Of a stretch of 64,000 bases of DNA, positions 23,527 to 37,897 are shown piece after piece. Positions within the stretch are counted from its first letter, which is position 1; every line of letters begins with the position of its first letter. The notes beneath the pieces are model-generated. The model saw only the letters and a list, made by a program, of their open reading frames with translations, did no database searches and was not told where the DNA came from. The translations under genes were made by a program, and so were the position numbers. This stretch comes from Eledone cirrhosa. Taxonomy: Eukaryota. The DNA is taken from contig OZ024744.1 in NCBI GenBank assembly GCA_964016885.1, positions 26,474,001-26,538,000 on the forward strand. Reading direction: 5' to 3'.

Positions 23527-23579
23527 TATATGGAACTCCTTTAACCATCTTTTGATCATATATTATATATATATATATA

Positions 23580-26500
23580 TATGTCCAGTTTGCTATATAT
23601 ATATATGTCCAGTGTGCTATATATATGTGTATGTGTGCAGTGTGCTATATATATGTATATATGTGTATGTGTACAGTGTGCCATATATATGTATGTGTAT
23701 GTGTACAGTGTGCTATATATATGTGTATATGTGTGCAGTGTGCTATATATATATATGTGTGTATGTGTACATTGTGCTATATATATGTATGTGTCCAGTG
23801 TGCTATATATATGTGTGTATGTGTCCAGTATGCTATATATGTGTGTATGTGTGCAGTGTACTATATATATGTGTGTATGTGTCCAGTATGCTATATATGT
23901 GTGTATGTGTGCAGTGTGCTATATATATGTGTGTATGTGTCCAATGTGCTATATATGTGTGTATGTGTGCAGTGCGCTATATATATGTGTGTATGTGTGC
24001 AGTGTGCTATATATATGTGTGTATGTGTCCAGTGTGCTATATATATGTGTGTGCAGTGTGCTATATATATGTGTGTATGTGTGCAGTATGCTATATATAT
24101 GTGTGTATGTGTCCAGTGTGCTATATATGTGTGTATGTGTCCAGTGTGCTATATATGTGTGTATGTGTGCAGTGTGCTATATATATATGTGTGTATGTAT
24201 GTGTGCAGTGTGCTATATATATGTGTGCAGTGTGCTATATATATGTGTGTATGTGTGCAGTGTGCTATATATATGTGTGTATGTGTGCAGTGTACTATAT
24301 ATGTGTGTATGTGTCCAGTGCGCTATATATGTGTGTATGTGTCCAGTATGCTATATATGTGTGTATGTGTGCAGTGTGCTATATATGTGTGTATGTGTGC
24401 AGTGTGCTATATATATGTGTGTATGTGTCCAGTGTGCTATATATGTGTGTATGTGTCCAGTATGCTATATATGTGTGTATGTGTCCAGTATGCTATATAT
24501 GTGTGTATGTGTGCAGTGTGCTATATATATGTGTGTATGTGTGCAGTGTGCTATATATGTGTGTATGTGTGCAGTGTGCTATATATATGTGTGTATGTGT
24601 CCAGTGTGCTATACATAAGTGTGTATGTGTGCAGTGTGCTATATATGTGTGTATGTGTGCAGTGTGCTATATATATGTGTGTATGTGTGCAGTGTGCTAT
24701 ATATATGTGTGTATGTGTACATTGTGCTATATATAAGTGTGTATGTGTCCAGTGTGCTATATATGTGTGTATGTGTGCAGTGTGCTATATATGTGTGTAT
24801 GTGTCCAGTATGCTATATATGTGTGTATGTGTGCAGTGTGCTATATATATGTGTGTATGTGTCCAGTGTGCTATATATGTGTGTATGTGTGCAGTGTGCT
24901 ATATATATGTGTGTATGTGTCCAGTATGCTATATATGTGTGTATGTGTCCAGTGTGCTATATATGTGTGTATGTGTGCAGTGTGCTATATATATGTGTGT
25001 ATGTATGCAGTGTACTATATATATGTGTGTGTGTGTGCAGTGTGCTATATATGTGTGTATGTGTGTAGTGTGCTATATATATGTGTGTATGTGTGCAGTG
25101 TGCTATATATGTGTGCAGTGTGCTATATATATGTGTGTATGTGTGCAGTGTGCTATATATGTGTGTGTATGTGTGCAGTGTGCTATATATGTGTGTGTAT
25201 GTGTGCAGTGTGCTATATATGTGTGCAGTGTGCTATATATATATGTGTGTATGTGTCCAGTGTGCTATACGTAAGTGTGTATGTGTGCAGTGTGCTATAT
25301 ATATGTGTATGTGTCCAGTATGCTATATATGTGTGTGTATGTGTGCAGTGTGCTATATATGTGTGTATGTGTACATTGTGCTATATATATGTGTGTATGT
25401 GTGCAGTGTGTAATATATATATATATATGTGTATGTGTGAAGTGTGCTATATATATGTGTGTATGTGTGCAGTGTGCTATATATGTGTGTATGTGTGCAG
25501 TGTGCTATATATATGTGTGTAAGTGTGCAGTGTGCTATATATGTGTGTATGTGTCCAGTATGCTATATATGTGTGTATGTGTGCAGTGTGCTATATATAT
25601 GTGTGTATGTGTGCAGTGTGCTATATATATGTGTGTATGTGTGCATTGTGCTATATATATGTGTGTACGTGTGCAGTGTGCTATATATATGTGTGTATGT
25701 GTCCAGTATGCTATATATGTGTGTATGTGTGCAGTGTGCTATATATGTGTGTATGTGTGCAGTGTGGTATATATATGTGTGTATGTGTCCAGTGTGCTAT
25801 ATATGTGTGTATGTGTCCAGTGCGCTATATATATGTGTGTATGTGTGCAGTGTGCTATATATATGTGTGTATGTGTCCAGTGTGCTATATATATGTGTGT
25901 ATGTATGCAGTGTGCTATATATATGTGTGTATGTGTCCAGTATGCTATATATGTGTGTATGTGTCCAGTATGCTATATATGTGTGTATGTGTCCAGTATG
26001 CTATATATGTGTGTATGTGTCCAGTGCGCTATATATATGTGTGTATGTGTGCAGTGTGCTATATATGTGTGTGTATGTGTCCAGTATGCTATATATGTGC
26101 GTATGTGTCCAGTATGCTATATATGTGTGTATGTGTGCAGTGTGCTATATATATGTGTATGTGTCCAGTGTACTATATATATGTGTGTATGTGTCCAGTG
26201 TGCTATATATGTGTGTGTATGTGTCCAGTGCGCTATATATATGTGTGTATGTGTCCAGTATGCTATATATGTGTGTATGTGTGCAGTGTGCTATATATGT
26301 GTGTATGTGTGCAGTGTACTATATATATGTGTGTATGTGTCCAGTGTGCTATATATATGTGTGTATGTGTCCAGTATGCTATATATGTGCGTATGTGTCC
26401 AGTATGCTATATATGTGTGTATGTGTGCAGTGTGCTATATATATGTGTATGTGTCCAGTGTACTATATATATGTGTGTATGTGTCCAGTGTGCTATATAT

Positions 26501-29500
26501 ATGTGTGTATGTGTCCAGTGCGCTATATATATGTGTGTATGTGTCCAGTATGCTATATATGTGTGTATGTGTGCAGTGTGCTATATATGTGTGTATGTGT
26601 GCAGTGTACTATATATATGTGTGTATGTGTCCAGTGTGCTATATATATGTGTGTATGTGTCCAGTGTGCTATATATATGTGTGTATGTGTCCAGTATGCT
26701 ATATATGTGTGTATGTGTGCAGTGTGCTATATATATGTGTGTATGTGTGCAGTATGCTATATATGTGTGTATGTGTGCAGTGTGCTATATATATGTGTGT
26801 ATGTGTGCAGTGTGCTATATATATGTGTGTATGTGTCCAGTATGCTATATATGTGTGTATGTGTCCAGTATGCTATATATGTGTGTATGTGTGCAGTGTG
26901 CTATATATATGTGTGTATGTGTGCAGTGTGCTATATATATGTGTGTATGTGTCCAGTATGCTATATATGTGTGTATGTGTCCAGTATGCTATATATGTGT
27001 GTATGTGTGCAGTGTGCTATATATATGTGTATGTGTCCAGTGTACTATATATATGTGTGTATGTGTCCAGTGTGCTATATATATGTGTGTATGTGTCCAG
27101 TGCGCTATATATATGTGTGTATGTGTCCAGTATGCTATATATGTGTGTATGTGTGCAGTGTGCTATATATGTGTGTATGTGTGCAGTGTACTATATATAT
27201 GTGTGTATGTGTCCAGTGTGCTATATATATGTGTGTATGTGTCCAGTGTGCTATATATATGTGTGTATGTGTCCAGTATGCTATATATGTGTGTATGTGT
27301 GCAGTGTGCTATATATATGTGTGTATGTGTGCAGTATGCTATATATGTGTGTATGTGTGCAGTGTGCTATATATATGTGTGTATGTGTGCAGTGTGCTAT
27401 ATATATGTGTGTATGTGTCCAGTATGCTATATATGTGTGTATGTGTCCAGTATGCTATATATGTGTGTATGTGTGCAGTGTGCTATATATATGTGTGTAT
27501 GTGTCCAGTGTGCTATATGTGTGTATGTGTCCAGTGTGCTATATATATATATGTGTGTGTATGTGTGCAGTGAGCTATATATATATATATGTGTGTATGT
27601 GTGCAGTGTGCTATATATATGTGTGTATGTGTGCGGTGTGCTATAATTGTGTATGTGTCCAGTGTGCTATATGTGTGTATGTGTCCAGTGTGCTATATGT
27701 GTGTATGTGTGCAGTGTGCTATATATATGTGTGTATGTGTGCAGTGTGCTATATATGTGTGTATGTGTACAGTGTGCTATATATATGTGTGTGTATGTGT
27801 GCAGTGTGCTATATATATGTGTGTATGTGTGCAGTGTGCTATATATATGTGTGTATGTGTCCAGTATGCTATATATGTGTGTATGTGTGCAGTGTGCTAT
27901 ATATATGTGTGTATGTGTGCAGTGTGCTATATATATGTGTGTATGTGTCCAGTATGCTATATATGTGTGTATGTGTGCAGTGTGCTATATATATGTGTGT
28001 ATGTGTGCAGTGTGCTATATATATGTGTGTATGTGTCCAGTATGCTATATATGTGTGTATGTGTGCAGTGTGCTATATATGTGTGTATGTGTGCAGTGTG
28101 CTATATATATGTGTGTATGTGTGCAGTGTGCTATATATATGTGTGTATGTGTCCAGTATGCTATATATGTGTGTGTATGTGTGCAGTGTGCTATATATGT
28201 GTGTATGTGTCCAGTATGCTATATATGTGTGTATGTGTGCAGTGTGCTATATATATGTGTGTATGTGTGCAGTGTGCTATATATATGTGTGTATGTGTCC
28301 AGTGTGCTATATATATGTGTGTATGTGTGCAGTGTGCTATATATATGTGTGTATGTGTCCAGTGTGCTATATATATGTGTGTATGTGTGCAGTGTGCTAT
28401 ATATGTGTGTATGTTTCCAGTATGCTATATATGTGTGTATGTGTGCAGTGTGCTATATATATGTGTATGTGTGCAGTGTGCTATATATATGTGTGTATGT
28501 GTCCAGTGTGCTATATATATGTGTGTATGTGTGCAGTGTGCTATATATGTGTGTATGTGTGCAGTGTGCTATATATATGTGTGTATGTGTCCAGTGTGCT
28601 ATATATATGTGTGTATGTGTGCAGTGTGCTATATATAAGTGTGTATGTGTCCAGTATGCTATATATGTGTGTATGTGTGCAGTGTGCTATATATATGTGT
28701 GTATGTGTGCAGTGTGCTATATATATGTGTGTATGTGTGCAGTGTGCTATATATGTGTGTATGTGTGCAGTGTACTATATATATGTGTGTATGTGTGCAG
28801 TGTGCTATATATATGTGTGTATGTGTGCAGTGTGCTATATATATGTGTGTATGTGTCCAGTGTGCTATATGTGTGTATGTGTCCAGTGTGCTATATATAT
28901 ATGTGTGTGTATGTGTGCAGTGAGCTATATATATATATATGTGTGTATGTGTGCAGTGTGCTATATATATGTGTGTATGTGTGCAGTGTGCTATTATTGT
29001 GTATGTGTCCAGTGTGCTATATGTGTGTATGTGTCCAGTGTGCTATATGTGTGTATGAGTCCAGTGTGCTATATATATGTGTGTATGTGTCCAGTGCGCT
29101 ATATATGTGTGTATGTGTCCAGTATGCTATATATGTGTGTATGTGTGCAGTGTGCTATATATGTGTGTATGTGTGCAGTGTGCTATATATATGTGTGTAT
29201 GTGTGCAGTGTGCTATTATTGTGTATGTGTCCAGTGTGCTATATGTGTGTATGTGTCCAGTGTGCTATATGTGTGTATGTGTGCAGTGTGCTATATATAT
29301 GTGTGTATGTGTGCAGTGTGCTATATATGTGTGTATGTGTACAGTGTGCTATATATATGTGTGTGTATGTGTGCAGTGTGCTATATATATGTGTGTATGT
29401 GTGCAGTGTGCTATATATATGTGTGTATGTGTCCAGTATGCTATATATGTGTGTATGTGTGCAGTGTGCTATATATATGTGTGTATGTGTGCAGTGTGCT

Positions 29501-31015
29501 ATATATATGTGTGTATGTGTCCAGTATGCTATATATGTGTGTATGTGTGCAGTGTGCTATATATATGTGTGTATGTGTGCAGTGTGCTATATATATGTGT
29601 GTATGTGTCCAGTATGCTATATATGTGTGTATGTGTGCAGTGTGCTATATATGTGTGTATGTGTGCAGTGTGCTATATATATGTGTGTATGTGTGCAGTG
29701 TGCTATATATATGTGTGTATGTGTCCAGTATGCTATATATGTGTGTGTATGTGTGCAGTGTGCTATATATGTGTGTATGTGTCCAGTATGCTATATATGT
29801 GTGTATGTGTGCAGTGTGCTATATATATGTGTGTATGTGTGCAGTGTGCTATATATATGTGTGTATGTGTCCAGTGTGCTATATATATGTGTGTATGTGT
29901 GCAGTGTGCTATATATATGTGTGTATGTGTCCAGTGTGCTATATATATGTGTGTATGTGTGCAGTGTGCTATATATGTGTGTATGTTTCCAGTATGCTAT
30001 ATATGTGTGTATGTGTGCAGTGTGCTATATATATGTGTATGTGTGCAGTGTGCTATATATATGTGTGTATGTGTCCAGTGTGCTATATATATGTGTGTAT
30101 GTGTGCAGTGTGCTATATATGTGTGTATGTGTGCAGTGTGCTATATATATGTGTGTATGTGTCCAGTGTGCTATATATATGTGTGTATGTGTGCAGTGTG
30201 CTATATATAAGTGTGTATGTGTCCAGTATGCTATATATGTGTGTATGTGTGCAGTGTGCTATATATATGTGTGTATGTGTGCAGTGTGCTATATATATGT
30301 GTGTATGTGTGCAGTGTGCTATATATGTGTGTATGTGTGCAGTGTACTATATATATGTGTGTATGTGTGCAGTGTGCTATATATATGTGTGTATGTGTGC
30401 AGTGTGCTATATATATGTGTGTATGTGTCCAGTGTGCTATATGTGTGTATGTGTCCAGTGTGCTATATATATATGTGTGTGTATGTGTGCAGTGAGCTAT
30501 ATATATATATATGTGTGTATGTGTGCAGTGTGCTATATATATGTGTGTATGTGTGCAGTGTGCTATTATTGTGTATGTGTCCAGTGTGCTATATGTGTGT
30601 ATGTGTCCAGTGTGCTATATGTGTGTATGAGTCCAGTGTGCTATATATATGTGTGTATGTGTCCAGTGCGCTATATATGTGTGTATGTGTCCAGTATGCT
30701 ATATATGTGTGTATGTGTGCAGTGTGCTATATATGTGTGTATGTGTGCAGTGTGCTATATATATGTGTGTATGTGTGCAGTGTGCTATTATTGTGTATGT
30801 GTCCAGTGTGCTATATGTGTGTATGTGTCCAGTGTGCTATATGTGTGTATGTGTCCAGTGTGCTATATGTGTGTATGTGTGTATGTGTGCTGTGAGCTAT
30901 ATATATATATATATATGTGTATGTGTACAGTGTGCCATATATATGTATGTGTCTATGTGTGCAGTGTGCTATATATATGTGTGTGTATGTGTGCAGTGTG
31001 CTATATGTGTGTATG
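23580..31015 (+). repeat. ~28-30-bp satellite GTGTGTATGTGT(G/C)CAGT(G/A)TGC(TA)3-4T with higher-order repeats
   Basis: ~7.4-kb uninterrupted array; rare variants recur at 290, 582 and 1572 bp spacing. Confidence 0.97.
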
Positions 31016-31254
31016 TTGTGTGTTCATTCATAGCATCCAATTAACAGCAATCATCTAAAAACTGTTTCCCGTTATGTTCTTCAACTTACCATGCACCATT
31101 GAGCAACACATTAATCTGTCTTCATTATTCTCTTATCTATCATCGACAATTCACCAGTTTTTACTATCATATCTCTTCCTCCCCCACTCCCCGCTCTTCC
31201 TGCTCCTCCCCCTCCCTTTGACACTACCTCTCTACCACCCCTCCATCCCCTTCT

Positions 31255-31757
<503 letters not shown>

Positions 31758-31829
31758 CATTACTTTCCCATTTCCCTCTATTTCCACATGACGTCTGCTC
31801 TTTTTTTTATGTTGCCAGGCAGGGTAATC

Positions 31830-34800
31830 GGTTTGGTGGTTGGTTGGTTGGGTGGTTGGTTGGTTGGGTGGTTGGTTGGTTGGTTGGTTGGTTGGTTGGT
31901 TGGTTGGTTGGTTGGTTGGTTGGTTGGTTGGTTGGTTGGTTGGTTGGTTGGTTGGTTGGTTGGTTGGTTGGTTGGATGATTGGTTGGATGGTTGGTTGGT
32001 TGGTTGGTTGGTTGGTTGGTTGGTTGGTTGGTTGGTTGGTTGGTTGGTTGGTTGGTTGGTTGGTTGGATGATTGGTTGGATGGTTGGTTGGTTGATTGGG
32101 TGGCTGGTTGGTCGGCTGGTTGTTTGGATGGTTCGTAGAGTGGATGGTGGGTCTGTTGGTTGGGTGGGTGGGTGTTTGTGTGTTTTGGTGGTTGGTTGGG
32201 TGGTAGTTTGGTTGGTTTGTTGGATGGTTGGTTGGGTGGATGATTGGTTGGATGTTTGGTTGGGTGGTTGGTTGTTTGGTTGGTTGGGTGGTTGTGTGGT
32301 TGATGTGTTTTGTTGGTTGGATGTTTGTTTGGGGGGTTGGGAGGTTAGTTGGATGGCTGGTTGGGTGGTTGGTTGGTTGGGTGATTGGTTGGCTGGCTGG
32401 GTGGTTGGTTGGTTGGTTGTTTAAGTGGTCGGGTGGTTGGTCGTTTTGTTGTTTGGGTTTTTGGTTGGGTGATTGGTTGGTTGGTTGGATGGTTGGTTGG
32501 TTAGTTAGTTGGGTGGGTGTTTGTGTGGGTGGTTGTTTGGTTGGTCAGGTTGGTTCGTTTGGTGGGGGGTTGGATAGGTAGTTCGTTGGTTGGGTGGTTG
32601 TTGGAAGGTTAGTTGGTTGGTTGCTTGGGTAGTTGGGGGGTTGGGTGGTTGGTTGCTTGGGTGGTTGGTTGGTTGGTTGGGTGGTGGGTTGGTTAGGCGG
32701 TTGGTTTGTTGGCTGGTTGGGTGGTTTGATTGTTGGTTGGTTGATTGATTGGTTGGTCGGCTGGTTGGATGTTTGGTTGGGTGGGTGGTTGGGTGGTTGG
32801 ATGGTTGGTTGGTAGATGGTTGGGTTGTTGGTTGGTTTGTTGGTTGGTTGGTTGGTTTGGTGGTTGGGTGGTTGGTTGTTTGGGTGTGTCGTTGGGTGGT
32901 TTGATTGTTGGTTGGTCGGCTGGTTGGATGGTTGGTTGGGTGGGTGGTTGGTGGGTTCGGTTGTTGGTTGGGTGGTTGGGTAGTTGGGTAGTTGGGTGGT
33001 TGGGTGGTTGGGTGGGTTTTTGTTTGGGTGGTTCGGTGGTTCGGTGGTTGGTTTGTTGGTTGGGTGAATGGTTGTTTGTTTGTTTGGATGGTTCGTTGGG
33101 TGGTTGGTTGGTTGGTTGGGTGGTTGGCTGGATGGGTGGTTGGGTGGTTGGTTGGATGGTTGGTAGGTTGGTTGGTTGGATGCTTGTTTGGTTGGTTGGT
33201 TGGTTGGGTGGTTGTTTGGGTGGTTGTGTTGGTTGGTTAGGTTGCTGGTTGTGTGGTTGGTTTGTTAGTTAGGTGGTTCGGTCGGTGGTAAGGTGGGTGG
33301 TTGCTTGGATGGTTCGTTGGGTGGTTGGTTGGGTTGGTTCGTTTGGTGGGTGGTTGGATGGGTGGTTGGTTGGATGGTTAGTTGGTTGGGTGGTTGTGTG
33401 TGGGTGGTTGGTTGGTTGGGTGGTTGGTTGGTTGGTTGGGTGGTTGGTTGGGTGGTTGGATGGTTGGGTAGTTGGGTGGTTGGTTGGTTGATTAGGTGGT
33501 TGGGTGGGTGATACGGTGGGTGGTTGGTTGGATGGTTCGTTGGGTGGTTGTTTGTTTCGGTTGGTTGGTTTGGTGGGTGATTGGATGGGTGGTTGGTTGG
33601 GTGGGTGTTTGGGTGAATGTTTGCTTGGGTGGTTGGTTGGATAGTTAGTTGGTTGGTTGGTTGTGTGGTTGGGTGATTCTTTGTTTGGGTGGTTGATTGG
33701 CTGGTTGGGTGGTTGCTTGCTTGGGTGGTTAGTTCGTTGGTTGGTTGTTTGGTTGATTGTTTCTTTGGATGGTTCGTTGTGTGGTTGGTTGGTTAATTGG
33801 TTGGGTGAGTGGGTGATTGGGTGTTTGGGTGGTTGTTTAGTATTTGGGTGGTTGGTTGGTTGGGTGGTTGTTTGGGTGGGTGTTTGGGGCGTTGTTTTTC
33901 TGGTTGGTTGGTTGGGAGGGTGGATGAGCGGTTTGTTGGTAGGGTGGTTGGTTGGTTGGGTGATTGGTTGATTGGGTGGTTGGTGGGTGGTTGGTTGGGT
34001 GGTGTGTTCCTTGGGTGGTAGGTTGGTTGGGTTGTTAGTAGGTTTTGTTGTCGGATAGTTGTTTGGGTTGTTGTTTGGGTGGTTGGTTGGGAGGTTGGTT
34101 GGTTGGGTGGGTGGTTGGGTGGTTTCTTGGTTGGGTGGTTGGATTGTTCAGTGGTTGGGTGGTTCTGTGGTTGGTTGGGTGTTTGGATGGTTGGTTGGTT
34201 GGTTATTTGTTTGTGTGGTTGGTTGGATGGTTCGTTGGGTGGGTGGTTGGGTTGTTGGTTTGGTTGGTTGGGTGGTTGTATGGGTGCTTGGTTAGTTGGG
34301 TGATTGGTTGTTGGTTGGTTGGGTGGTTGGTTGAATGGTTGGTTTGTTGGGTGGTTGGGTGGTTGGTTCTGTGGTTGGTTGGGTGTTTGGTTGGGTTGTT
34401 GGTTTGTTGGTTTTTGGTTGGGTGGTTGCGTACTTTGTTGGTTAGGTGGTTGGTTGGGTGATTGGTGATTGGTTGGGTGGGTGGATGGGTGGTTGTATGG
34501 TTGGTTGGTTGGATGGTTGGTTTGGTGGTTGGTTGGTTTGGTGGTTGGTTGGTTTGGTGGTTGGAATTGTTTGTTGGTTGATGGTTTGGTTGTTGGTTGG
34601 TTGGGTGGCTGGTTGGTTGGGTTGTTGGGTGGTTGGTTTGGTTGGATGGTTGGTCTGTTGGTGGTTGGTTTGAGTGGATGGTTGGTCTGTTGGTTGGGTG
34701 GGTGGGTGATTGGCTGTATGTGTGGTTGGTTGGGTGGTTGGGTGGTTGGATGGTTCTTTGGTCGGTTTGTTGGTTATGTGCTTGTTTTGTTGGTTTGTTG

Positions 34801-37800
34801 GTTGGATGGTTGGTTGGGTGGTTGGTTGTGTGGTTTGTTATTTGGGTGGTTGGTTGGTTGGTTGGTTGGATGGTTGTTTGTGTGGTTGGTTGGTTGGTTG
34901 GTTGGTTGGTTGGTTGGTTGGATGGTTCATTGGGTGGTTGGTTGGTTGGATGGATGGTTGGTTGTGTGGTTGGTTGGGTGGTTTGTTGGTTGGATGGTTG
35001 GTTGGGTGGTTGGTTGGTTGCTTGGTGGCTGGTTGTGTGGTTGAGTGTTTGGTTGGTTGGATGGTTGGTTGGTTGGGTGTTTGGTTGGTTGGATGGTTGC
35101 TTGGGTGGCTGCTTGGCTGATTGGTTGGGTGATTGGTTGGGTGGTTGAGTGGTTGGGTGGTTGGTTGGGTGGTTGGGTGGTTGGGTGGTTGTGTCGATGG
35201 TTGTTTTAGGTGGTTGGCTGGTTGGTTGGGTGGTTGGTTGTTTGAATGATTGGTTGGTTGGTTGGATGGATGGTTGGATGGCTGGTTGGTAGGTAGGTTG
35301 GATGATTGGTTGGTTGGTTGTTTGGCTGGTTGGTTGGATGGTTGGTTGGTTGGTTGGTTGTTTGGGTTGATGTTTGGTTGGGTAGTTGTTTGGTTGGTTG
35401 GTATGATGGTTGGTTGGTTGTTTGGTTGCTTAGAGGCTGGTTGTGTGGTTGAGTGTTTGGTTGGTTGGATGGGTGGTTGGTTGGGTGTTTGGTTGGTTGG
35501 TTGGTTGGATGGTTGCTTGGGTGGTGGCTTGGCTGATTGGTTGGGTGATTGGTTTGGTGGTTGATTGGTTGGTTGGGTGGTTGTGTCGGTGGTTGTTTTC
35601 GGTGGTTGGCTGGTTGTTTGGGTTGTTGGTTCTTGGAATGATTGGTTGGTTGGATGGATGGTTGGATGGTTGGTTGGTTGGTTGGTTGTTTGGCTGGTTG
35701 GTTTGTTGGATGGTTGGTTGGTTGGTTGGGTGGGTTGGTGTTTGGTTGGGTAGTTTTTTGTTCGGTTGGTTGGTTGGGTGTTTGTTTGTTTGAGTGGTTG
35801 GGTTGTTGGTTGGGTTGTTGGTTGTGTGGCTGGTTTGTTGTTTAGGTGGTTTGGTGAGTGGTAATGTGGGTGGTTGGATGGGTGGTTGGTTGGGTGGCTG
35901 GTTGGTTTCTTGAGTGGTTGGCTGGATGGTTAGTTGGTTGGTTGCTTGGGTAGTTGGGTGGTTGGTTGGTTGATTGGGTAGTTGGGTGGTTGGTTCGTTG
36001 GTTGGCTGGTTGTTTGGGCGGTTGTTTTGTTTGTTGTTTGGTTGCTTGGTTGGTGGGGTGGTTGGTCGGGTGAGTGGTTGGTTGGGTGGTTGGGTGATTG
36101 GTTGTGTTGGGTGGTTGGGTGGTAAGTTGTGTGGTTGGTTGGTTGTTTGGGTGGTTGATTGGGTGGGTGGTTGGGTGATTAGGTGCTTGGGTGCTTGGTT
36201 GGTCGTGTGGTAGGTTGGTTGTTTTGTTTGGTGATTGCTTGGTTGGTTGGTTTATTCAGTGGTTGGTTGTTTAGGTGGTTGGTGGTTGGTTTTGTGGTTG
36301 TTTGGTTTGTTGGTTGGGTGGGTGATTGTTTGGGTGGTTGGGTGGTTGGTTGCTTGGGTGGTTGGTTGGATAGTTAGTTGGTTGGTTGCTTGGGTGGTTG
36401 GTTGATTGGTTGTTTGGGTGGTTGGTTGGGTGGTTGGTTGCTTGGGTGGTTGCTTGCTTGGGTCGTTGGTTCGTTGGGTGGTTGGTTGTTTGGTTTGTTT
36501 GTTGGGTGGGTGATTGTGTGTTTAGGTGGTGAGTTGGGTGGCTGGTTGGGGGCTTGGTTGGGTGGGTGGTTGGCTGGTTGGGAGATTGGTTGGGTAGTTG
36601 GTTGGTTCGTTGGGTGGATGGTTGGTTGGGTGTTTGGTTGTGTCTTTTGTTGCTTGGGTGGTTGGTTGATTGGGTGGATGGGTGTTCGGTTTGGTGGTAC
36701 GTTGGTTGGCTGGTTGATTGGGTTGGTTGGTTGGGTGTGTGTTTGGTTGGGTGGTTCTTTGGTTGGGTGGTTGGTTGTTTGGTTGGGTGGATGTTTGGAT
36801 CGTTCTTTGGGGGGGGGTTGATTTGTTGGTTGGTTGGGTGGCTGGTTGGATGGTTGTTTGGTCGGGTGGCTGGTTGGTTCTGGGGTTGGTTTTGTGGTTG
36901 GTTGGGTGGTTGGTTTTTTGTTTGGGTGGGAGGGTGGGTTATAGGGTGGTTGGTTGTATTGTTTGTTTGGGTGCTTGGTTTGTTGGTTGGGTGGTTGGGT
37001 GGGTGGATGGGTGGTTGGTTGTTGGGGTGGCTCGGTGGTTCCGTGTTTGTTTGGTTGGGTCTTTGGATGGATGGTTGAATGGTTGGTTGGATTGTTCGCT
37101 GTGTGGGTTGTTGGTTGTATGTTTGGTTGTGTGATTGGTTGGTTTGGTGGTTGGGTGGTTGGTTGGATGGTTGGGTGGTTCGGTGGTTGGTTGGTTGTTT
37201 GGGTGGTGTGTTTTTGGGTTGGGTGGTTGTTTGCTTGTTTCGTTGGCTGGTTGATGGTTGGGTGGTTGGTTGATTGGGTTGGTGGTTGGGTGGTTGGTTG
37301 GTGGGTTGGATGGTGCCTTGTTTGGTTGATTGATGGTTGGGTGGCTGGCTGGTTGGTTGGTTGGGTGTTTGGTTGGGTGTTTGGATGTGTGTTTGGTTGT
37401 TGGTTTGGGTGGTTGGTTGTTTGTTTGGTTGGTTTGGTTGATGGTTGGATGGTTGGTTTTGTTGAATGATTGGTTGGATGGATGGATGGTTGGATGGTTG
37501 GTTGGTAGGTAGATTGGATGATTGGTTGGTTGGTTGTTTGGTTTGTGGGTTGGTTGGTTGGATGGCTGGGTGGTTGGTTGGCTGTTTGGATGGGTCATTG
37601 GTTTGCTGGCAGGTTGGATGGTTGGTTGGCTGGTTGGATGGGTGCGTGCCTAGTTCATTGGTTGGTTTGGTGGTTGGGTGTTTGGGTGGTTGGTTGGTGG
37701 GATGGTTGGTTTGTAGGGTGTTTGGGTGGTTGGATGGTTGGATGGTTGGTTGGTTGTTTGGGTGGTTAGGTGTTTGGATGTTTGATAGGTTGGCTGGATG

Positions 37801-37865
37801 CTTGGTTGGTGGCTTGGATGGTTGATTGGATGGTCGGTTAGTTGGTTGTTTGGGAGGTTGGTCGG

Positions 37866-37897
<32 letters not shown>

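Larger units (their letters stand above)
23251..23557. mobile_element. Non-coding fold-back element with an HHR in each arm
   Basis: 146-bp arms at 23251-23396 and 23412-23557, one mismatch seen, 15-nt spacer. Confidence 0.9.

Noticed and set aside
25275-31058. 1927-aa and other long Cys/Val/Tyr ORFs
   Set aside because: The satellite unit lacks stops in all + frames; translation artefact
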